Shown here piece by piece: positions 57,801 to 64,000 of a stretch of 64,000 nucleotides of DNA; the first letter of the stretch is position 1, and each line of letters starts with the position of its first letter. Where the stretch lies: NCBI GenBank assembly GCA_035285125.1, contig JAYKHR010000045.1, positions 192,001 to 256,000 of the forward strand, in the 5' to 3' direction. A model generated the notes under the pieces. The model was not told the origin of the DNA. It saw only the letters and a list, made by a program, of their open reading frames with translations, and did not search any database. This DNA comes from Candidatus Sericytochromatia bacterium. GTDB lineage: Bacteria; Cyanobacteriota; Sericytochromatia; S15B-MN24; JAQBPE01. The position numbers and the translations under genes were made by a program.

Positions 57801-57841
57801 CCGAGCTGACGCTGGAGGACCTGACCTACCTCCTGACGTGA
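54806..57841 (+). CDS. SWIM Zn finger plus SNF2-family helicase
   Basis: CTCP..CKH; LADDMGLGKT, DEAQ, TGTPIEN, VFSQF, GTGLNL, DPWWNP, QATDRAHRIGQ. Confidence 0.95.
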   Translation: MLDWDLKKWADPATLRRGAAYVKRGAVGPRTVAAGPGGALTVQAEVDEGALAPMVVNLAWDGRQLTATCTCPMAPPCKHTVAVALAQMQDPAPDVLPSAGTGPRPGQEVLFYNVHLAPPPKRMEREYLRSLAVWLSLERAIVMEDGLPGMPRPLAMWGPIKRDGLTESDRAVLDLLEPYYRSRNRDFSSSHAHGIPLRDDMVNQVFALLARCPFIFGAGRTPLELRPDQPVRSVGGPYESLWDIDGQLVTGVPVRLVGQDPPWLLVRDALRPLLEPPVAPAADGDPEADGPAIELNLAETVLHPPVAPRPRLNLSEEGDRLVARLTFRYATSSPVSPHDARSLVPGEVEGAWGAWERDQAAERLLVERLAATPLDSRGGGQYLAWGEPALAFLMEGVPALIAEGWEVYGEERLARLRVNRSSAHVSIGISSGIDWFDVKTSVTIDGEQVPWAALREAFRSNSRFVRLGSGAFGRLPEDWLTRQAQLSQSLGFSGEEAEEGFVQRLPRYLAPAAREMLEAVEDASVDVDWRRFLSGLEGVEAIQEVPTPKGFLGELRHYQSRGLARLCFWRDYGLHGILADDMGLGKTIQAIALLLAEQEGGNAGPSLLVAPTSVVYNWEQEIARFAPGLKVLVLHGQDRHARFDELPTSDVVITSYGLLQRDRSILLEQPFNYAILDEAQKIKNPRSQAAKMACRIRARRRLCLTGTPIENNLLEFWSLFNYLMPGLLGNERHFRQTYFKPDPEDAELARERLRRMTRPFLLRRLKQDVATDLPPRSEIVSYCELGPEQRKLYDDTLAAVRGHIFAEVRSRGLRRAHFHVLEGLLRLRQVACDPRLVLRDDSHVPSAKVEHFMELLREMLAEGHRVLVFSQFVKMLALLREALEAEDIRYAYLDGQTRDRLERVQRFNQDDTPVFLISLKAGGTGLNLTGADYVIHFDPWWNPAVEDQATDRAHRIGQTRHVFSYKMIARGTVEEKVLSLQGQKRQIVQDVLGGSDLGAELTLEDLTYLLT

Positions 57842-57997
57842 GGGCCCCTGTCGGGTCCCGCACGGCATAGGCCTAAAAATTCCAGATAGCCAGGATTATA
57901 AATTGTTTCCGCGGGCCGGACCGTCAAGTGGGCAAGGGCGCCCCGCCACGGCGCTGGCGTGCCGGGCTCGGTGTCCGTCTGGTGTCCGGTGTCAGGT

Positions 57998-58810
57998 TCA
58001 GGCGGGCTGCAACGTCCGGGCTGTGACCGTGTGCAACCGTCGCACGCCCAGGGCACGCAGAAGGTCCAGCGCCTGGGCGTAGCCCGCCCCGACATCTTCG
58101 GGACGGTGGGCGTCCGAGCAGAGCACGAGCGGCACCTCCGCCTCCACGAGCATGGCGAGCCATTCGGGGGCCGGGTAGATCTCGCGAACCGGCTTGCGCC
58201 AGCCCGCCGTGCTGACCTCGACGGCCATCCCGCTGGCCTTGATTTTCGGCGTCAGGCGCCTGTACCACGCCATGGCCACGCGCGGGGCATGGAAGCCGAA
58301 GACCTTGATCACGTCGGCATGGCCGATGATGTCGACGGGGCGCTCCTCGATCATCTGCTCCAGGATGCCGAAGTAGGTGTCGTGGATTTCCTCCACGTCC
58401 CCGCGCTCCCAGTGGTCGCGCATCTCATCGAGGTCGAAGCCGAAGCCCCCGAGCCAGTGCACGGAGCCAATGGCGTAGTCGAACGGGTGCTCCGCCAGGA
58501 AGCGCTTCATCGCCTCGCCGTTGTCGGGCATGTAGTCCATCTCGATGCCGATCTTGAGCTGGATGCCGCGGGCGCGAGCATCCAGCAACAGGCCGAGGTA
58601 GGCGTCGAGGTCCTCGGTCTTCTTGCGCTCCACCCAGGGATTCCACAGCAGGTGCTTGGTCTGATGGAAGCGGTAGGCATGCTCCGAGATGCCGAGCTCG
58701 GTCACGCCGGCCTTGCGGGAGGAAGCCACGAACGTCTCCAGCCACTCCTGCGTGTAGGGGCCACGCTCGATGTGGACGTGGTAGTCCGTGACCGTGTCGA
58801 AGGCGCGCAT
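57998..58810 (-). CDS. PHP-family histidinol-phosphatase (HisJ/HisK type)
   Basis: DYHVH, ISEH, GIEMDY, IGSVH, GHAD, SDAH. Confidence 0.88.
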   Translation of the reverse strand: MRAFDTVTDYHVHIERGPYTQEWLETFVASSRKAGVTELGISEHAYRFHQTKHLLWNPWVERKKTEDLDAYLGLLLDARARGIQLKIGIEMDYMPDNGEAMKRFLAEHPFDYAIGSVHWLGGFGFDLDEMRDHWERGDVEEIHDTYFGILEQMIEERPVDIIGHADVIKVFGFHAPRVAMAWYRRLTPKIKASGMAVEVSTAGWRKPVREIYPAPEWLAMLVEAEVPLVLCSDAHRPEDVGAGYAQALDLLRALGVRRLHTVTARTLQPA

Positions 58811-59038
58811 CGATTTCTCCTCCGTGGGCGCCCTCCAGCGGGGCGGCAGCATCCTACCACACCACCCGCGCGATGGCGAGGTTTAACCCGTAGGGTGTTG
58901 CACCACGCGGGATTGGCGTGAAGTGATGACTGGGCTTGGGCCGCCGGAGGGCGCGCCCGTCGCTGCGTCTGGGGAGCGGCGGGGGCGTTGCCCGTGGCCC
59001 TGGTGATCGGCCGCTGGGGCCAGGACCTGCCACCGGTG

Positions 59039-60187
59039 TCACGCAGGTGGCAGTGGTGTCTGTTGACGGGAGAAGAACGCGGCGATCCGTTCCAAGCCAA
59101 GGTCGATGGCCTCCCGCGGGGCCACCCAGGAGAGGCGCAGCCAGCCCTCTGCGCCGAAGGCCACCCCCGGGACCGTGACGACGCGCTGGGCTTCGAGCAG
59201 CTGGATGCAGGCCGCCCGGGAGTCCGCCTGCAGGTGGGGAGGCAGCGCGAGCATCATGTAAAACGCGCCCTCGGGCGGCACGTGCGCGAGCCCGAGCCGG
59301 GTGGCCTCGGCCACCACGTGGGCTCGGACGGCTTCGTAGTGGGGACGCTGCGCATCCAGCGCCACAGGCGACGAGAGGATGGCGTGCGCCACTCGCTGGG
59401 AGAAGGTGCTGGCCGCCGTGACCACGAACTGGTGTGCCTTCACGGCAGTCTGCACGACCTCGGTCGGGGCCAGGAGCCACCCCAGCCTCAGGCCCGTGAG
59501 GGCATGGCTCTTCGACAGGCTGTTGACGACGACCGTCCGATCATACCGGGCGGCGAGCGGCACGGGCGGCTGCACGTAGCACAGCGCACGGTAGACCTCG
59601 TCCACCACCACCCAGGGCCGTGCCTCGCCGAGGGCGAGCAGTCCGTCCGCCAGGGCTTGCAGGGCCTCGTCCGGCCACACCCTGCCCGTCGGGTTCGCCG
59701 GCGAGGCCAGGACGATGAGCCGCGTTGCCGGGCCCACTGCGGCCAGGACGCGGGCCGCGTCCGGGGCGAAGTGCGTCTGCGGGGAGAGGCTCACGCGCCT
59801 GACGGCCACGCCCTCGAGGGCGCACAACTTCTCGTAGGCGGGGTAGCACGGGGCCACGACCAGCACCTCGTCCCGCGCGGGGTCGCACAGCGTCTTGATG
59901 GCGAGGTACAGCGCCTCCTGAGACCCGAGCGTCACGCACACGTGCTCGGGGCTGCCGAGGCCTGGCTGGCCGCAGCGGCTGGCGATGAGCGAGCGAAGTT
60001 CTGGGTCGCCGGCGTTGGGCGTGTAGGGGCAGCCGTGGCGAGAGACCCACTCGACGGCCGCCTGGAAAGGCGCCCGGTCGACGGGGAGCGTCGGCTCACC
60101 GAGCCCCAGGTCAATGTCACCTGGCTGCTTCAGCGCGGCGATGGCCCGAATCATCGAGCCCGGGATGGCCTGCAGTCCCGGGTTCAC
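59039..60187 (-). CDS. PLP-dependent class I/II aminotransferase
   Basis: GLGEP, SPANPTG, DEVY, SLSKSHALTGLRLGW. Confidence 0.9.
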   Translation of the reverse strand: MNPGLQAIPGSMIRAIAALKQPGDIDLGLGEPTLPVDRAPFQAAVEWVSRHGCPYTPNAGDPELRSLIASRCGQPGLGSPEHVCVTLGSQEALYLAIKTLCDPARDEVLVVAPCYPAYEKLCALEGVAVRRVSLSPQTHFAPDAARVLAAVGPATRLIVLASPANPTGRVWPDEALQALADGLLALGEARPWVVVDEVYRALCYVQPPVPLAARYDRTVVVNSLSKSHALTGLRLGWLLAPTEVVQTAVKAHQFVVTAASTFSQRVAHAILSSPVALDAQRPHYEAVRAHVVAEATRLGLAHVPPEGAFYMMLALPPHLQADSRAACIQLLEAQRVVTVPGVAFGAEGWLRLSWVAPREAIDLGLERIAAFFSRQQTPLPPA

Positions 60188-60217
60188 GTGGCGCGCCTCG
60201 CGGCCCTGGGTCGGCCG

Positions 60218-60457
60218 TCAGCCGATGTCGCCGTCATCCCCGATGGCGTTCACCGGACAGCCAGCCAGGGCCTCCTGACAGGCGGCGTCCTCATCAGGCG
60301 TGTTCGGCTGCCTGTAGCAGACGTCGTGCGTGCCGTCGTCAACGGCCTTGAAGTTGTCCGGGGCGAGGGACTCGCAGAGGTTGCAGAAGATGCAGGTCTC
60401 GTCGACGTAGTACTTGCCGGGCGCGTTGTCGGCGTACTTGGTGGTCTTGTCGGCCAT
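60218..60457 (-). CDS. Single-cluster ferredoxin
   Basis: YYVDETCIFCNLC...CPVNAIG. Confidence 0.9.
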   Translation of the reverse strand: MADKTTKYADNAPGKYYVDETCIFCNLCESLAPDNFKAVDDGTHDVCYRQPNTPDEDAACQEALAGCPVNAIGDDGDIG

Positions 60458-60556
60458 GTCGGAGGGCTCCTGGGGCGTATCGCGGCTGCGCCGGTGGCGC
60501 GGGCAAGGCTGTGGTTTTCGGAGGCTCAGCTCCTTCGGCATGATGCCAGAAAGCGG

Positions 60557-61645
60557 CTATTCCGGCAACCTGGGCCCTTTCACGGCCTCGAACAGCTGAC
60601 GGAGGGCCTTGGCGTTGGTCCCGAGGTCCGCGATGGCGACTGACTCGCGCGCCTGGTGGGCCTGCGCCGTCTCTCCGGGACCGAAGTTCACGGCCGGGAT
60701 GCCACGGGCCGTGAGCCGCGCGACGTCGGTCCAGGCTTGCTTGGGCTCCACGGCCAACGTCGTGGCCGCGCGCCAGGCCTCCACCCAGGGATGCCCCAGG
60801 CACACGGCCCCTGCCGGCGCCTCGTCCACCACCTCGAGGTCGGCCTCGTCGCCCACCACGGCGCGGAGGTCCGCCAGCGCCTCCTCGGCCAGGCGCCCCG
60901 GCGCGAAGCGCACGTTGACGTTGAGCGTGAAGGCGTCCGGAACCACGTTCCGAGAGTTGCTCGTGGCCGCCGTGGTGGCGTTCATGACCTCTTGGAACTC
61001 GAGCTCTCCGAGGCGCACGGTCACGGGGGCGCGGGCCTTCAGCCTGCTGAGCAGCCCGGCGGCCTTGTAGATCGCGTTGTCGCCCTGCCAGGGGCGGGCG
61101 CTGTGCGCGCGACGCCCCCGGAAGGTCACCAGCGCGTGCAGGCCCCCGACGCACCCCATCTGGATGCGGTTGTCCGTGGGCTCGAGGCAGACGCCGAAGT
61201 CCAGCGTCGGAAGCTCTCCCGTGGCGAACATAGGCTCCAGCCCGTTCTCGCTGGCGGGCCCCTCCTCCTTGTCGTAGAAAACCCCAACAATGTTGCACTG
61301 CGCGAGGTCGCGGCTCTCGAGCAGGAGGGCCGACATCACGGCCAGGCCTCCCTTCATGTCGCTGGCGCCGCAGCCGTAAACGCGTCCGTCGCGCTGCTCC
61401 AGTGGCTGATCGGTCGCGGGGCGCACGGTGTCGAGGTGGCCGAACAGCCCGATGGTGGGGCGGCCTGGTTGCGCCGGGCCCCGCACCACCAACCCGCCCG
61501 CCACAGGCCTGACGTGCAACCCGGCGTCGGCGGCCTCGAGCTGGCTTCGGAGCGCTTCACGCAGGGCGCCCTCGTCGCCGGTGACGGAGGGGATGCTGCA
61601 GTAGTGTAGGGTGTAGGCCGCGAGGTCTGCCTCGGAGACGCGCAT
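60557..61645 (-). CDS. dapE: Succinyl-diaminopimelate desuccinylase (M20)
   Basis: GHLDTV, GASDMKGG, KEEG, AHSARPW.G.NAI, WTDVAR, NFGPG..AH. Confidence 0.88.
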   Translation of the reverse strand: MRVSEADLAAYTLHYCSIPSVTGDEGALREALRSQLEAADAGLHVRPVAGGLVVRGPAQPGRPTIGLFGHLDTVRPATDQPLEQRDGRVYGCGASDMKGGLAVMSALLLESRDLAQCNIVGVFYDKEEGPASENGLEPMFATGELPTLDFGVCLEPTDNRIQMGCVGGLHALVTFRGRRAHSARPWQGDNAIYKAAGLLSRLKARAPVTVRLGELEFQEVMNATTAATSNSRNVVPDAFTLNVNVRFAPGRLAEEALADLRAVVGDEADLEVVDEAPAGAVCLGHPWVEAWRAATTLAVEPKQAWTDVARLTARGIPAVNFGPGETAQAHQARESVAIADLGTNAKALRQLFEAVKGPRLPE

Positions 61646-61654
61646 GGCGACGCC

Positions 61655-62479
61655 TCAGACCGGCACGTCGAAGGTGCGCAGCACGTCGTTGAGGCTCGTC
61701 TTCCTGTCGGTGCTGGCCTGGCGGTGTCCGATCAGCAGGGCACATGGAACCTGGTACGTGCCCGCCGGGAAGGCCTTGGGCATGGTGCCGGGGATCACCA
61801 CGGCGCGCGCCGGCACCCGACCCTTGGTGATGTGCGGTTCGGCCCCCGTCACGTCCACGATCGGGGTGGAGCTAGTCAGCACGACCCCGGCGCCGAGCAC
61901 CGCCTCCTCCTCGACGAGCACGCCCTCGACGACCACACAGCGGGAGCCGATGAAGGCCCCATCCTCGATGATCACAGGACGTGCCGCGGGGGGCTCGAGC
62001 ACCCCGCCGATCCCCACGCCGCCAGACAGGTGCACGTTGCGCCCGATCTGGGCGCAGCTGCCGACCGTGGCCCAGGTGTCGACCATGGTCCCCGCCCCCA
62101 CCCAGGCGCCGATGTTCACGTAGCCTGGCATCAGCACGCAGCCTGGCTCGAGGAAGGAGCCGTAGCGGGCGACGCCCGGCGGCACCACGCGGATGCCCGC
62201 TGCGGCGAGGTCGCGCTTGGGCGGCACCTTGTCGAAAAACGAGAGGTCGCCAGCCTCCAAGGCCTCGAGGGGGCGCATGGCGAAGTACAGCAGGATCGCC
62301 TGCTTCACCCACTCGTTGACCTCCCAGGCCCCGTCGCGCTTCTCCGCCACGCGCACCTCTCCGCGGTCGAGGGCCGCGATCGTCGCCTCGACGGCTTCCC
62401 GCACCTCCGGGTTGCGCAGCTTGTCGCGGTCCTCGAAGGCCTCCCGGATCGGGTTGGCGGTCGCAGTCGTTGGATTCAT
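61655..62479 (-). CDS. dapD: Tetrahydrodipicolinate N-succinyltransferase
   Basis: WVKQAILLYF, RVVPP, YVNIGA, DTWATVGSCAQIG, GGVLEP, KTSLNDVLR. Confidence 0.96.
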   Translation of the reverse strand: MNPTTATANPIREAFEDRDKLRNPEVREAVEATIAALDRGEVRVAEKRDGAWEVNEWVKQAILLYFAMRPLEALEAGDLSFFDKVPPKRDLAAAGIRVVPPGVARYGSFLEPGCVLMPGYVNIGAWVGAGTMVDTWATVGSCAQIGRNVHLSGGVGIGGVLEPPAARPVIIEDGAFIGSRCVVVEGVLVEEEAVLGAGVVLTSSTPIVDVTGAEPHITKGRVPARAVVIPGTMPKAFPAGTYQVPCALLIGHRQASTDRKTSLNDVLRTFDVPV

Positions 62480-62623
62480 CTGGACTCCTCGCACCATGGG
62501 TGGGCGGTAGTTGGGTATACGGGGTACGGCCTCGTCGGGACGACGCATGATACGCCATCCCACGAGGGGCCGCCAGGATGTTCGGAAGGTCCGAAAGTGC
62601 CCTGCACGAGCGCGCCGAGCGGC

Positions 62624-62652
62624 TTGACGCCCCCGGGACGACCCCCTATCCT
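62624..62652 (+). promoter_or_regulatory. Sigma70-type promoter
   Basis: TTGACG-17-TATCCT upstream of the response regulator. Confidence 0.6.
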
Positions 62653-62722
62653 GTCGGGCGCGACCCGAGACGCCGGAGTGAGGCCGGTTGGGACATCTGA
62701 GCCGACTTAGCGAGGAGCTTTC

Positions 62723-63715
62723 GTGTCAAAGAAATATTCCATTTTGGTGGTCGATGACGAGCCCGACAACCTCCTCCTGCTCGAGCGCGTGCTGCGGCGC
62801 GAATACAACGTGTTCTCCGCGAACAGCGGCGCTGAGGCGCTCGAGTTCCTCGAGGGCATGGATGTCGATATGATCATCTCCGACCAGCGGATGCCCAACA
62901 TGACGGGGGCAGAGCTGCTCGGGTCCGCCTACCTTCGCAATCCCGACCAGGTTCGCATCCTCCTCACAGCGTACTCGGACGTCAAGGACATCATCCAGGC
63001 CATCAACGCCGGGCACATCTACCAGTACATCGCCAAGCCCTGGGACCCTGACGAGCTCAAGCTCGTGGTGCGGCGCTCTCTTGAGTCCTACCAGCTCACG
63101 CTGGACAACCGGCGCATGCTCGCAGAGTACCGCAACGACGAGGCCATGGTGCTCTCGGCCTTTTCCAACATCGTCGGGAGCCTCGAGCGCCGGGTGCCTG
63201 CCCGCCGCGGCCGCGCCGCCCGGGTCAAGGATTACGCCAGCGCCCTGGCGCGCGAGCTGCGGCTGTTCGGTGAAGAGATGACGCAACTGGAGGCCGCGGC
63301 CCACCTGTACCAGCTCGGGACCCTGGTCCTGCCGGACGCGGTGCTCAACACCCCTGAGGACGCCCTCGACGCCGATGGCCGAGAGGCCCTCGCGGCGGCC
63401 GAAGGGGCCACCGAGGAGCTGCTGCTGCCCCTGCCCTTCTTCGTGAAGGCCACCCCGATCTGCGGCCTGCTCGCCGAGCGGTACGACGGCTCCGGCCCGC
63501 GCGGCATGAGTGGGGCCTCCATTCCGCAACTTGCTCGAATCCTCCATGTTGCCATCGCCTTCGAGGAAGCAACCTCTGGGGTCGGGGGCAGCTCCACCGA
63601 GGGCGCGCTGGCATCCCTCGCCGCGATGAAGGGCACGCGGCTCGATCCGGAGCTCGTGGACCAGTTTGCCGCGCTGCTCGCGGCCAACCCGGACCTCGCC
63701 TCATGCCTCAGCTGA
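62723..63715 (+). CDS. Response regulator with degenerate HD-GYP domain
   Basis: REC: VDDE, SDQRMP, KPW; output domain has LYQLG for LHDIG, LAERYDGSG-P for HHERWDGSGYP. Confidence 0.88.
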   Translation: MSKKYSILVVDDEPDNLLLLERVLRREYNVFSANSGAEALEFLEGMDVDMIISDQRMPNMTGAELLGSAYLRNPDQVRILLTAYSDVKDIIQAINAGHIYQYIAKPWDPDELKLVVRRSLESYQLTLDNRRMLAEYRNDEAMVLSAFSNIVGSLERRVPARRGRAARVKDYASALARELRLFGEEMTQLEAAAHLYQLGTLVLPDAVLNTPEDALDADGREALAAAEGATEELLLPLPFFVKATPICGLLAERYDGSGPRGMSGASIPQLARILHVAIAFEEATSGVGGSSTEGALASLAAMKGTRLDPELVDQFAALLAANPDLASCLS

Positions 63716-64000
63716 TCCTGGGCGACAAGTCCGACCTGTTCCGCCGGTCCATCTCGGCCGTCCTCCAGAACGAGGGCTACGAGGTGGTGCCCGCCGAGTC
63801 CGGTCAAAAGGTGCTGCAACTCGTCCACACCACGAGGCCCGTGGCGATCATCCTGGACGCGGAGACGCCCGAGCCCAGCGGGCTCGAGACGCTGTTGCTG
63901 CTGAAGCGCAACCCGCAGTTCCGGCGCATCCCCGTGATCCTCGTGACGCGGGACACCACGGCCCCTCACGTGGTGAACACCTTCCGGGCCGTGGCGGACG
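63703..64000 (+). CDS. Receiver-domain protein, truncated by window end
   Basis: My translation: MPQLILGDKSDLFRRSISAVLQNEGYEVV..IILDAETPEPSGLE..IPVILVT; overlaps the previous stop. Confidence 0.75.
   Translation, partial: MPQLILGDKSDLFRRSISAVLQNEGYEVVPAESGQKVLQLVHTTRPVAIILDAETPEPSGLETLLLLKRNPQFRRIPVILVTRDTTAPHVVNTFRAVAD

Noticed and set aside
54806..57841. SNF2 helicase as part of an anti-phage defence system
   Set aside because: The SWIM-SNF2 architecture is a common stand-alone gene, and no methylase, nuclease or other defence genes are adjacent
57960..58000. Short GGTGTCC repeats downstream of the PHP gene
   Set aside because: Only about three degenerate copies with no spacer structure; not distinguishable from chance

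Overview
A very GC-rich, gene-dense bacterial chromosome window with about 62 CDS, a tRNA-Leu(CAA) and a probable 6S RNA. I saw no CRISPR array, rRNA, transposase or integrase. Core genes include trpS, panB, infA, dapD/dapE, hutI, ugd, PBP1A, rodZ, an rluB-like synthase, bcp, a SWIM-SNF2 helicase and an MntR-regulated Mn/Zn ABC transporter. Accessory modules are an arsC-arsR-acr3 locus, a twin-ArsR / beta-carbonic anhydrase / long-form IDH / DUF6671-like operon, a renalase-photolyase pair behind a CarH/LitR-like operator, two S8 lipoprotein proteases and many lineage-specific low-complexity proteins. Several genes look cyanobacterial in type (DgdA-like glycosyltransferase, ssaA-like 6S RNA, a conserved membrane protein) but there are no photosynthesis genes here. 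By inference only, this suggests a non-photosynthetic relative of Cyanobacteria such as Sericytochromatia. The main leads are: (1) a TTAA-N7-TTAA 11-bp-phased motif in at least six AT-rich intergenic islands, a candidate regulon; (2) the ArsR-pair/CA/IDH/DUF6671 candidate CO2-response operon; (3) a DgdA-like galactolipid synthase; (4) a secreted ankyrin protein with a 36-His repeat tract. All family assignments come from motif recognition, with no database searches.
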